From Wallemia ichthyophaga EXF-994 (lineage: Eukaryota > Fungi > Basidiomycota), in NCBI RefSeq assembly GCF_000400465.1, contig NW_008806294.1:80944-112943 (forward strand): a DNA stretch of 32,000 bases, in the 5' to 3' direction. The position numbers were made by a program, and so were the translations under genes. Numbering within the stretch: the first letter of the stretch is position 1; each line of letters begins with the position of its first letter. Shown here in pieces: positions 1 through 12,100 of the stretch. Below the pieces are notes generated by a model that worked only from the letters and a program-made list of their open reading frames with translations, did no database searches and was not told the origin of the DNA.

Positions 1-355
1 TCAACGCCTAAACCAAACTGACCAAAGTCACCAGTACCAAAGACTAAAAGAGTTTTAATTTGATTAGTTGAAGTTAATTTTGGCAGCGGATTCAAAGAAA
101 CTGGTTCGATCGCGGGTAAGCGGGGTTTGGCTGGCTGGCGACGTTTAGTTGGCTTAGAAGGCTCATCATCGCTATCATCGCTTGCCTTCCTCTTCTTGGA
201 AGCGGTGGAAGAAGTGTGTGCGCGTTGAATTGGTTTCGTAGGGGATTTAGGGATATTTGAGGCGACTCTTTTAGATTGACGCGTTGGCTGGGAATCTTTG
301 GGTTGTAAGTGGGTGTAAAATACCTCTATTACAATCACTAACTCTTCACGGGCAT
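1..355 (-). CDS. RCC1: RCC1-family Ran GEF (Pim1/Srm1-like), 5' part only; gene runs off the window start
   Basis: Manual translation: ATG at 355, 47-nt GT-AG intron 342-296, basic low-complexity N-terminus (KKRKASDDSDDEPSKPTKRR), then LLVFGTGDFGQFGLGV, typical of the first RCC1 repeat. Confidence 0.8.
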
Positions 356-420
356 ATCAAACACTCTTGGTGGATTAGAACCGAGGGAATCACATCGAGG
401 AAATCAAATACAAATACATT

Positions 421-912
421 CTAGCCAATATTAAAATTACTATGCACTCTCTGTCCTGCTTGCTTCTTCTGATACGCGAGATCCAACTTTGAACTTCCGA
501 GGTTGATAATTTTCACGCAGCCATCTCTATCTTTTTCGAGTGTGGTGCATTCTGAGGGGAATTAGTGGTGTACTAGGAAGTATTCAGACCCACCTGCACA
601 ATAATATGCGTCTGAAATACCTGGACCACCGCAAATAACACCTAATGTAAGCGTGAGTGGTGTAAATGAATAAATAAAAAGGATAAAACAAACATTTACC
701 ACCGAATGTACCAAACGCACATTCATCGCAGATCTAAATTAAAGTTATTTGTGTCCATTATAGCCATTCATTTAACGCACTTTAACAATCGTCTGTGGCC
801 TCACATAGGAATCACAAACAGGGCACTTTCCATCACATTTGTCACATAGCCTCCCGATTGATATTCCTGGCTGTCTTCTACACATGATTAGGTCTGGGTG
901 GTGTTTGGACAT
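421..912 (-). CDS. RDS3: PHF5A/Rds3 U2 snRNP (SF3b) zinc-knot protein, 4 exons
   Basis: Missing from the ORF track. The spliced translation [104 protein letters not shown]... closely matches the highly conserved PHF5A sequence. Three short GT-AG introns. Confidence 0.97.
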
Positions 913-968
913 TTTGGCCGTTGGAAGAAGACGGGAAAATGAATCAATTTGATTGGTTAAACACCATT

Positions 969-1437
969 TTACACCGGAGACTGTCTAGATCCAGCAACTT
1001 TATTCGCAATAGTTGAAATAACGGGTAAATTGAGTAGACTGCCGATGACTGGCAGTTGCCTGAGGAAGTTGAGGATTACGGGGAAGAAAGAGCCAAATAG
1101 GTTGAGGAATCCAATGCACTCAACTACAAACCCAATGAAGGTATACTTGAGGAGTACTAGTGTTATTCCCCCAACGAAACACAGCGTACCTCTAAGCTTA
1201 TAAGGCCTACTGAAAAATACAATAGTCTTCTGCATCCCAATTAGAAGTATAAGCCCTGTTAAGAAGAGCAAATTCCCCAAAGCCAGCAAACTAGCGTCGA
1301 AGAAGAGTACGACACCTAGAAGCGTGAATAATCCACCGAATGAAGTCAGACCAACACCGATTTCTGGGTTTTATAAGGTTATTATGGTACACGCGCCAAA
1401 CCCACCCAAACTCACTCTGTAAATCTGTTAAAAACAT
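969..1437 (-). CDS. GOT1: Got1 vesicle-transport membrane protein, 2 exons
   Basis: ATG at 1437, intron 1415-1364. [44 protein letters not shown]...[16 protein letters not shown] matches the Got1/GOT1B family pattern. Confidence 0.93.
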
Positions 1438-1480
1438 TCTCCCACTTCTTGGTTATATACGTCCAAGAGTTACGTTCAAG

Positions 1481-4400
1481 ATGGAAGATGCCTTGTTCAA
1501 AATCAGGTGTCACTTGAATTCTAAGCTGCCCAATCAGAGGCAACCAGCGTTGCTCCTCGTTGCTCTCGAGGAAACTATCAAAGAACAATCCCCAGAGCAA
1601 TCTCAAAGCCCACTGCCAATCAGCTACCACAGCTTAATCTTGAGTACTCTCGATGAAGCAATCAGCTCAAATAATACTGAGATCATCTCCTCTGCAATAT
1701 ACTTGGAAGCCACCGTTATCAAATTCATCGACAAGAAGATATTGCACAACCAATATCAAATCTTTGAATCCCTATTGCAGCTACTGAGCAAGTTCACTAG
1801 CAACACTCCCACTCTCAAGTCCTTACTTGTTGTCTACGAGGAGTTCTTTAAATCCTTAGACACCCAACAACTCCAATTATCCTCCTTCAAATCTGCTTAT
1901 AATGACATATTGAAGCTATCCATCGACAACAGACCAAAAGTTAGAAAACTGGCTCAATTTTCAATCTCAAACATCCTCACAGACACCCCCAATCATCCAC
2001 ACACTTACCTTCCTATAACCACCTCTTGGGTTATCAAGTCTTTCAACGATTTGGTTAAAAGATCCACACACGCCCCTTCTGAATCTGGTATTCACTTGTG
2101 TGCCTTTGTGCACTCACTCGATTCCATCTGGCCAATTCAATCCCTCCCTAAATTGGCTAATTCCCTCTTAAACACTCCACACCTCGGCAATTCATACCTC
2201 ACTTCATCCTCCTACCACCTTCTCAGTCAATTACTCGCCAACAAATCCTCTCACACCACCTTCGATCAAGAGAAGCTCAAAACTCTCGTCGATTCCATCA
2301 CTTCTTCTCTCCCTAAACCTGATGACACCCTTTTGCTCTCTCCTTGGCTCGGTATACTTGACGCTGCAATCTCTGCATACGCTAGACTTGACCCAAATGC
2401 TGCCGCTCTTGTTATTTTGAACGTTTGGCCGAAAATTTTCAATTCTCACGGTCTAGCCAGTACCAGCACCGATGTGCGTAAATCTGCCGAAATTGCATGC
2501 TGTGGTATCATCAGATGGGGTGTGAGTTTGGATATGATAAAGAACACTATAGACAACAACGGTGGTGTCAACCTATCTCCGATCCTCGACTCTATTCTCG
2601 CAAGCTTAAAGGGTATCTCACACCGTCACTCCATTCCAAACGTCCTCAATGTTCTCAACGCGCTCATCAGCAAACTTAGAGTGCGTTTCTCATATCCAGG
2701 CCCAACAGCAGCACAGTGTGAGTCAGCTTGAGAACTCTTGATACACATCAACTAACCACCTCATCTTAGCTCTCATCGCACCACATCTCACAACTATCGC
2801 CGATCTCCGCCAGATGCCAAACTTCGAATACAGGGAGAAGACGGACGATGTATTTGGTATGGCATTGGAAGTGTGTGGACCAGCCTATGTGCTTGAACTC
2901 CTCCCTCTCAATCTCAGCCCATCTCTCCAAGCCAAGGGCAAAGAAGGCCGTGCGTATCTGCTGCCAATTATGCGCTCACGCATAACCAACACCTCTCTCA
3001 ACTACTTTGTCAAAGAATTGGTCCCACTCTCATCGCAGATGTTCGAGTTCGCCTCGCAGTCCAAAAACCAGGGCAAGGAACTCGAAGCAAAGATATACAG
3101 CACTTTGATGGAGCAGATCTGGAACACCTTCCCCTCATTCTGCAATCTGCCAGTAGATATGACTGTTGGTTTGAATGATGAGTTCGCAAGCATGCTCAGC
3201 AATGTACTCTACTCGCAGCCTCAGTTGAGGTCATTCGTGTTGAAAGGACTGCGCAACCTCATCGAAAAGAATGTATCTTTGCAAAAGTCACAGGGACCAA
3301 CAGAGGAGCTCAAGAAAGCGTTCAATGGAATGGGTCAAGAGGAGGCAACAGTCAACATCAATTACCTCAAGACCATCGCACCAAATCTTCTCTCAGTGCT
3401 ATTTGACCTTTTCGGCACAGTCAGCAGGGAAAGCAGAGGTATGGTTGGTGAAGTTATAGCCGACTACCTAACCATAGCCTCTGAAAAGGTTTGTTGGGTG
3501 CTGGGATGATAGCATTCTCTCGCTAACACGCACACAGGACATTAGCGGCACGTATAAGAAGATGTCCAAGTCACTCCTTGAGACGCTCCCACAGCACAAC
3601 GTCAAGATGGCGAAAGCAGCGAAATCTAACAAGACATTCAACGCAGCATCTGACAATCTAGTAGCACCACACACGACGATGGATCTGCTAATCCTACTCT
3701 CACCCCATCTCAGTGCAAAATTGGGTGCAAATGCCTGGGAACTCGCTACGTCTGAGCAGGTGCTAATGAGCGAAGACCAGGCTGTTCAGAAAAAGGCTTA
3801 CAGGATGCTCAACAGACTGTGCGAGAACCACAGCGGACTCTTCACACATGACGGCAGCAGAATCGAGAAAGCCATCAACACACTCACTAACACTGACAAT
3901 ATCAGCGGTGGTGTGAAGAGAGATCGCTTAGAGGTATTCACGCTGCTTGTGCGGTTCATACCGTCAGATAAACTCCACTATATCGTTTCTGTCGTCCCCG
4001 AAGCGGTGCTTGGAGTGAAGGAGACTAACGAGAGAGCGCGATCTGCTGCATTCGAGCTGTTATTAGAATTAGGGAGTAAAATGGCACGCGGTGGCAAGAT
4101 AGAGAGGGGTGTGATGGGTGAACATGAGCATGAAGCTGATGGGATGGAAGCAGAAGCAGCAACATCAACTGAGACAGTGGATGCCGATATCAATGAATAT
4201 TTCACCATCCTCTCAGCAGGTCTAGCTGGTTCTACGCCGCATTTCATCTCTGCCACGCTCACGTCTCTTGCGCGCGTTCTCTTCGAATTCAAAGAGTCAA
4301 TCGACACAGCTCTAGTGGATAATCTGCTTGGCACGCTGCACATCTTCGTCGGTAGCACCAACAAAGAAATCGTCAAGTCAGGTATCGGGCTGGTCAAGGT

Positions 4401-5483
4401 GGCTATAACGTCGCTCTCCTCGGAATTAGTTTTCGCGCATCTCGCCACTCTCATACCCGCGCTGCTTGGATGGAAGAGCGAGAACAAGAATCACTTCAAG
4501 GCGAATATCCGCCATATATTCGAGCGTCTAGTGAAGAAGTTCGGAGTCGATGTTGTCGATGCGCATACACCGGCTGCGGACAAGAAACTCATAAGCAATA
4601 TCCGCAAGCGCACACAGAGAGCGAAGAAGGGGAAGAGTGACAAGGATAGAGAGGACGAAGGCGACATGCTCGACCAGGATGAAGATGCAGGCAAGAAAGC
4701 TAAAGGCACGGACGCGTTCGAAGACGCTCTCTACGGATCTGAGTCTGAGTTCGAGGAGAGCGACGACGAAGATGGCAAGGAGAAGGGCGCTAAAGGTACT
4801 GGCAAAGACAAAGGCGGTAGAAAGGGTGCGAAGAAGAATACCAACAACGCTTCTGATACTTACATACGTGAGGATGATGGCGAACTTGTCGATCTGCTCG
4901 ATAAGAGCGCTATTAATAACCTCACCTCATTCGATCCATCCAAGCAATCAAAGAGGAAACAACCAGGCCAGGAAGCGCAGAAATATGAGCTCGACGATAT
5001 GGGCAAGTTGGTCATCAAGGATGATGACAACAAGGAAGCAGAAGAACAACCTGACAAGGTCGCCGGTTCTGCCTACATCCACAACTTGGAATCAGAAGAT
5101 GGTATCACGATGGGCAAGGATGGTAGAGTGAGATTCAACAAGAAGAAACGCGACAGGAGCGTCGAAGGTGATGACGATGACGATGCTCAAACTGATGTCA
5201 AGATGAATGACGATAGTGATGCTTCCAAGAAGAAGAAAAAGAACAAACAGGGCACTGTGGGTGTTGGAAAAGAATTCAAATCAAAGGTGGGTGAAGAAAT
5301 GAGTTTAAATAACTTAAAACTAACCTCATAATACAGCGTGCAGGCGGCGATGTTACTGCTAAAGGCGGCCAGCAACCTTATGCTTACGTACCTCTCAACC
5401 AGACCAAAAAGCTCAGCAGAGGTGGCCAGGGTCCTCGTCTTGATGTCACTGGTAAGAAGAAGGGTAGATCTGGAAAAAAGTAG
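1481..5483 (+). CDS. RRP12: Rrp12 ribosome biogenesis/export HEAT-repeat protein, 4 exons
   Basis: ATG at 1481 (MEDALFKIR). Introns at about 2718-2769, 3489-3537 and 5287-5337 join the track ORFs in frame. Motifs IDNRPKVRKLA, YLLPIMR and a C-terminal RAGGDV...QPYAYVPL are Rrp12-like. Confidence 0.93.
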
Positions 5484-5942
5484 CCAATTATATAGAGTAG
5501 TATTTATTTTGGATCAATTTAATTTATGTCATTCAATAAAATGTCCATGTATAGATGGTTTAGAGTACAATGTGTGTTTGCAAGATTTGCTAGTGTCCTG
5601 TTTCGTTACGGAGTTTTGCTTTTGTTCGTTATTGGTGGTGTCGTTAGTATTACTGCTGTTGCGATTACTACTAGCGCGCGCGACTGGCACCTAGTCAAGA
5701 AGACTAAAACTACATATATAAGATGTTTATCTTGTTTCTTTTCGTAAATGTAGAATTGATTATTGCCGTACATGCGTTGCTTGCTCTTGTTATTCGTATG
5801 TGAACTATTAAGAGGTTTCACGTGGTCATCTGGAGACTTATAATTTTCACCTGGATGCCTGGGAGGCTTTGCTTCACCACCCGAGGCCTTGTGGATTAGC
5901 GGTAAATATATCATATCCTCCCAATTTTTGTATACTGTTGTA

Positions 5943-6824
5943 TTATTCTGCTCCTCTCTCCCTGTCCATCTCCTTGGCTGCTAATTTTCTCTCTTCTGTC
6001 TCATCCCCTGTCTCCTCCTCAATATTCTCCTCATCGCTGACATCACAGTCTGCAATAAATCTGCGATCATCGAGTTCTCCTCCACGTAAGACAATTTTCT
6101 CATTTAACTCCAGCAAATGCTTCGCGTTATTATCATCCTCTTCGAGCTTCGAGCCTGGATCAACGCAGTCGGACGGAGGGAAGGAGGTATATGGGTATGG
6201 TGTTGTTAACAGATCGATTTTGCTCATCGTGAGTGGCATACTTGGCGCGCTGTCGAAGATGCTGACTTGAGGTATCTTACTGTGGAAATACAACTGCTGT
6301 CTATGTTCAAGAAGAACGTCGTTTATCATTTTCGAACTGTACGGTAATATCTCAGTGCAGCTCTGGACAAGTGTTGCGGGGATATAGCAACCTGTTACCA
6401 TCATTCTGGAGAGAGCGGTCGCGATCTTGGCATTATGTGGATCGTGATAGATTATAACTGCGTATCTAGAGTTGCTAAGGGGTTTGTTCGTCTCTATGTG
6501 GATGTGACGAATAGGACCTAGATGATTGAGAGGGTACACTACATCAATGCTGTAAAGACCCACCAGCTGATCTGAATACACCAATCAATGACATATCCGT
6601 TGCTAAATCCGGCTTATAATTACACCATCAATGTTTGTCAACAACATCTTGAGCTCACAGGTGTCAGACACGTTGTCTACGCATATAGTACTCCCTATCC
6701 GCTTTTCGTAGTAATTATACTCATCTTTGAGACTTTACCAACTTTCGTTGCTCCCGAAGCTCCCAAAGCTCCTCCTATTAAAGGAAACGCGTGAACGTAA
6801 AGGCGACGAGTTCATAGACATCAT
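5943..6824 (-). pseudogene. Orphan gene with a weak RRM-like segment and an in-frame TAA at codon 30; possibly defective, or it starts at an internal ATG
   Basis: ATG at 6824 opens 29 codons, then TAA (6737-6735). The same frame continues (SLKDEYNYYEKRIGSTICVDNV...), and a 54-nt GT-AG intron (6625-6572) joins it to the 213-aa track ORF that ends in an acidic tract. No family confidently recognised. Confidence 0.35.
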
Positions 6825-7032
6825 ATGCATTGATGCCGTGTAAAGCGCAATTTAAATTGCCTGGTAATGTTGGTTGTATTGATATCCCTAAAAAGAAAGA
6901 CAAGACAAAGACAAGAGTAATTCAATAAAATTGCATTAGATAATAATAATTACAAAGCATTACACATTTCGTCATTTCAGTTTGTGTGTCTAGTTGCGTC
7001 CAATTGCGTTTGTCGCGTCAATCACTTCACCC

Positions 7033-7809
7033 TTAGTAGATGAGGAAACCACCGTCAACAAAGACTTCAGAACCAGTCATGTAGCTTGCGAGCTCTGAGA
7101 GCAAGAAGACGACTGGTGATGCTTGTTCACTTGGTTCAGAGAATCTCTTCATTGGAACCAATTGTGATTGAGCGTTAAGGATCTTTGGATCCATACCTTG
7201 AGTTTGGTCAGTCTTGATGAAACCTGGTGATGCAATGTTCACTCTGATGCCGTGCTCAATCCACTCAGCAGCAAGACCCTTGGCAACTGAGCTGACAGCA
7301 GCCTTGGATGCGTTGTAGAATACTTGACGGAGTGGGTCAGCTGGTCCTTGGACGTTGTAAATTTGTGATGACATGGATGCGATCATAACGATGGATCCCT
7401 TCTTATATCCAGTCTCGACCCACTTCTTAGCAGCTGCCTTGGCAATGTTGAATGAACCGAGAACGTTGATCTTCATGATGTAATCGAAAGTTTCTTCGTT
7501 TTGCTCAAATGCTGGCTTTGGTACGGAGACACCTGCGTTGCAAACAACACCTGCAACCTCACCGAAGTCTTTGATGATTTGTGCAAATGTCTCGTCAACC
7601 TTGCTTTCAATACCAACATCACATTGGTATGACTTGGCCTTGACGTTGAACTCCTTAGCGATAGCATCAGCTGCTGCTGAAGCCTCTGAGCGAGAGAGCA
7701 TGACAACGTTACCGCCAGCTCTGGCGACGTCCTTGGCAATGGCGTTGCCTAATCCCTTGTTTCCACCGGTGACGACGTAGGTCTTGTTGCTGAAATCAAT
7801 GCCGATCAT
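7033..7809 (-). CDS. mtdh: Short-chain dehydrogenase/reductase, NADP-dependent mannitol dehydrogenase-like, intronless, 258 aa
   Basis: True ATG is likely 7809 (MIGIDFSNKTYVVTGGNKGLG). It has TGGxxGxG, NAG, and the YxxxK motif in QVFYNASKAAV. The stretches SMSSQIYN, QVFYNASK, GLAAEW, TDQT and YMTG..FVDGG recall Agaricus bisporus MtDH. Substrate specificity is inference. Confidence 0.88.
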   Translation of the reverse strand: MIGIDFSNKTYVVTGGNKGLGNAIAKDVARAGGNVVMLSRSEASAAADAIAKEFNVKAKSYQCDVGIESKVDETFAQIIKDFGEVAGVVCNAGVSVPKPAFEQNEETFDYIMKINVLGSFNIAKAAAKKWVETGYKKGSIVMIASMSSQIYNVQGPADPLRQVFYNASKAAVSSVAKGLAAEWIEHGIRVNIASPGFIKTDQTQGMDPKILNAQSQLVPMKRFSEPSEQASPVVFLLSELASYMTGSEVFVDGGFLIY

Positions 7810-8160
7810 TTTGTTCTTGTTTTGAAGATGAAAGTTGTAAAGAAACAAGCTGTGGATCTGTGGATATTTATGTCTGTGGAGTGCAACCCTAGCATCATTA
7901 CAATAAAAATCGATCTGATTAACAAATCTAGCCTGAAAATGAGCAGTATGATTGCAAGAGCTAGCCTTCATCCCACGCTATCTTTGCGCTATTCTTCGAT
8001 GTGTCAAAATTTTGCGATTTTACGCCAACAGCAGGTGGGGTAAGGCGTAATAATTACGTATTACATTCCCCAAAGATCACTAGAATGAATGAGGCATCAT
8101 AAGGCTGTGAATCGCTGAGTAAGCGAACTTTCTAGCAAGATCTACCGCAACTCCTCGGAG

Positions 8161-8341
8161 TGACGTCATCTCCGGATAGCGCCCATGATGTAGTGGGTGT
8201 GTAGTGGGTGGACGGACAGGAAAACTAAAATCTTTCAATTCGTCACCGCAGATTTCGGCACATGAATAGGTTAGCTTACCCTGGCAATTGAGCTTGGTGC
8301 AAACGCCGAGCGAAAACAACAAACGGATGTCAATTACGTCA
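8161..8341. promoter_or_regulatory. CRE-type bZIP sites upstream of the mannitol dehydrogenase-like gene
   Basis: TGACGTCA at 8161-8168 and TTACGTCA at 8334-8341, plus a near-match TTACGTAT at 8054-8061. All lie within about 530 bp upstream of the ATG at 7809. Function untested. Confidence 0.45.
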
Positions 8342-9168
8342 CTGATTTTTATATCACTTGAAGTAGCATACAGAGAAATTGCTTTTAAAGCGATAGCCAC
8401 TTTTTCCCTTTAAGCATCATAGCGGCGTCGTTTCTACAGGAAATGCAAAAAAAGAATTGTTTAGCTCCGGTCGGGAAGATTGCAAGTTTTCATCTGTGTT
8501 GGCATATTAAATATATGCGCTTACCCAAGATCAATGTAGCCAAGACTGGCAGTTTTCAAGTTAAAGCATTGTCACTTGATAGATAGGCATTATGAGATAT
8601 AGTTAAATAGTTACAAACAGACCCAAAAGCCAAATACCCCTATCGCTCTGACGCAAATACGTTGGTTGATGAATAGGAATAGCTGTCGGAATGATTAGGT
8701 GTTTTCGTTGATCAGAGGCTTCCAGATTCGATTAGCTACAAAGATCTTGACATATACATAGGTGAGAGTGCAGTACGTGATGAAAATGATTTATTCGACG
8801 AATGTTCAACATTGAAATCCAATTCATTCCTATCACCTGTCTCACCCATCCCTAGATAACTGTCAAGATTTTTCAGCTAATTGAATTTAAAAGAGACATT
8901 GAAAGTCAGCAAACAGAAACTTCTCACATTTTGTAGCGACGAAAACTTTCACCTTTTTACACATGGATCATCTCACGGCGTCTTTCCAACGATAATAATG
9001 CTATTTCAAGATTTTCAGTCGTCATTTTCTTCCAAAAACACTTCTTGTCTCTAGTATTATCCCTGTTAGCCAGCCAACACCCGTACACGAAGAAAATTTT
9101 GTACTACGTAGGTTAAATAAAGTTAATATTATAATATAAACATTTTAAATACAGACCACGCAAACCAT

Positions 9169-12100
9169 CTAAAACTTGGAGCGCAAGTATAGCTGAAGTT
9201 GGCTCAGTTGCTCTCTGATCTCTTTGACATCGATAGGTGCGGAGATATTAGCATAGGGAGCACTTGAAAGGAGAGCGAGATATTCCGAGACGCTTTCATC
9301 GACTCTGCGGATGGGCAGGGCGCCCTGACCGGTGGCGAAGTTGAGTGTGTGCGACCTCAGCCAAGCCTCCACCATAACGACGACATCAGCAACGAGAAAC
9401 ACGATAGCGTTTTGTGTCTGCCATGGAGGTATTTGAGACTCGAGCATCGTATCCATAACTTCATAAATAGCTGCATATGGTACGCCTGCGTCGTTGAGCG
9501 TCGTAGGTACCCAACCAGCCTTCTTCACGCCATGCTCATAGCTGTACTGCTCGAGGATGTTTATGACGGTGTCTGTGGTCTGTTAGTGGATGCAATGGTA
9601 ATGATAATGCCACGGGTTGACCTACCTAACGGGAATGATATCTTGGATGGGTAGAAACGACGCGCGAGTGAGTACACTACCCCAGCAACAGCATCAAATC
9701 GCTCATCAGGCTGCAGCTCCACATTTAAATAGTGAGTGTGTTCCACTAACACTTCCCATGTCTGCGCTATCAGACTAGGGTCGTAGAAATCAGCAATGTG
9801 GAAAATAAGTAGCTGCACCTCAAGCAAAGCTAGTGGTTCAGCGAACTCTCTGAAAAGCTCACTGACATTATACAAACGCTGTTCGAGCATTTGTTGCATA
9901 TTTTGCTTGGCGTCGGGCGCAACTTCCGTGTGTTCCTTCACTGCACGGTAGATCTCCACCTGTACTTGTGCAACCTCAATCTTTTCCTCGAGGTTGGTCA
10001 TGAACTCTACATCACCAATATCAGACGCAGAAGCGGGATGACGTTGTGATTTTGCATTCGAAAGTGCGAGTGAGAGGTACTCGAGACGTCTCGATAAAGA
10101 TAAGGGGAACTCGACAGAATCTGCCAGAGATGCTAAAACTCTGGCTGCATCGTAGAAACGCGACCTGCGCACGTAAAACTGCCAAAGCAGCTCGCATTTC
10201 TCGAGTGTGAGTGGGTCTCTCATGAGATGTTGTTCGAGATATGGCGACTGTATGTCTAGCAGGAGATCAGTCAGACCCTGAGAAACCAACCAATCATAAA
10301 AACAAGAGTGGAAAACAGCGTCATATGATTCTATCGCACGTCTAAACGCATTGCGACGGTACTGCTCGACCTCTTCCACTCTTTCATGTTTCGACACTGC
10401 CTGCTCCACCTTGTCCTTAGCCTCGGCAAGTGTTTCGAAAATGCACTCGTAACAGCTCTGACGGCGCTTGTATGCATGTACTCTAGTATCATTGTGCACC
10501 TCGATAGGGACTTCCAGTTTACTGTTAGGTTGGAAATAAACACTTCTGCCCTCATTCCAGAATTGTAATCCTAACTCCGCTGCGTCCCACTCTCTTGCGC
10601 AGATGAGCGACAAATCTATAGCTCCAGATGCAAATTCTAACAGTCTATACTCCGTGATAACCTCTTTGAGCTTCTCGATGGATAAATTTCTGGCTGCCTT
10701 TCCAAACAATCTCAAACTCTCTCTTAAAATGGTACCACGCTCAGCTTTATCTCTTGTTTCGTGTGCTTTTCTAACATTCTCGATGGCTTTATACAGCAAG
10801 ACATCGTCTGCTGAACAGAAAGATCCGCAACGTTGTTGAAGAATTTCGGAGATAGCGTCGATTGAGATTTGTTTCGAAATTTGCTGATTAATTACTTCAT
10901 TTACGACATTTCTTGCGATATCCCGGCCGTGGTTTGTTGTCAACAAATCGACGTATGTCAGATTAAGGAACTGCTCTTGAAGATTTTGTTCACAGTGTGA
11001 AAGCGTTTCCGAGAGGTTATAGTCGATAAGCAGTAGAATGAAGGATATGCCTTCGATGCACTGCTTTATAAGATGATCAATACCAATCAAAGACGCATGC
11101 TCAGCTTTCCATGCGGACTGATCAGTGCGATCGCGTGAGTCGCCTGCTGTCGTTGCGAATAATTGCTGATTGCTTTTTAAGAAAACTTGTAAATCTGCTA
11201 TATTCCTCTGCGCATTGGACAAAAGCGTATCTGAGATGTTACTAATTTGGCGACGAAGGTTGAAATTGGTTGGGGATAACTTGGTCACCTTCTCCTTCCA
11301 TATTGGACGCAAGAGGCGTGAGAGGTAGAGAACCAATCCGTTGTGACGACCACTAAACAATATTTCAGTATTTGTAGAGAGAGCTATTAAAAATGTCAGC
11401 TTGTAAACGACTGCAAACAAACCACCTCACCATCTAAATTCATACTCGTAGCCGCAGCTGGGTATCCTCTATCAATGGAGACAGGCCTACCGCCAAAGTC
11501 ATAAAAGAGTCTTCTGGCACTCTGAGTGATATCGGCGGAGAGAGTTGCAGGAGGAGCAGGCTCAGTTGCGATATTTGATCCAGCCGGATAGAGGTCCTCA
11601 CCCATCGACAGAGCAATTGGGTTACCAGCAGCAATCGCCAATGCCATTGCACATGACTGATCTTTACCGAAATTGTTGAAGAAGGAGACAATTTCTTGAT
11701 CTCTGCTACTAGTGCTGCTTGATTCGAGGATGTTTCTCAAAACGTCGACTGGACGCTGTTTTGCTATTACACTCAATCCCATGTTGGTAAGAACAAGAAA
11801 GCGTCTTGGAAGATAAGCTGTTTGTACCGTCAGCTCACTCATCGCTACTTGCTCCTTGCCTTGTAATCCTTTGCGCATTGATTGGGGAAGTTTATTTGCA
11901 TTAGCTAACATGCTGCTCTCTTCGCCAATTGCCCATGTCCTACCTTCCAAGATAAGATTGGAGGCACCTTCGACAAGAGATGGTCTGACATTTGCGGTTG
12001 TTGTTGTCGTCACTGTTGGTGCTACCGGTTGTTGCTGTGGTATAGTCAAACCAGCAGTACCGACGTCCTGGCCTGTGCATAACAAGCTGTCAAATTCTTC

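Noticed and set aside
1340-1480. N-terminal extension of RRP12 in the ORF track
   Set aside because: It overlaps the GOT1 first exon and intron on the other strand. The ATG at 1481 gives the expected Rrp12 start.
5526-5747. 73-aa + strand ORF with a hydrophobic stretch
   Set aside because: It begins in the RRP12 3' UTR over an AATAAA-like signal, is antisense to low-complexity sequence, and resembles no known protein.
7810-7971. 54-aa N-terminal extension of the SDR in the ORF track
   Set aside because: It starts at a non-ATG codon, and the family N-terminus aligns from the ATG at 7809.
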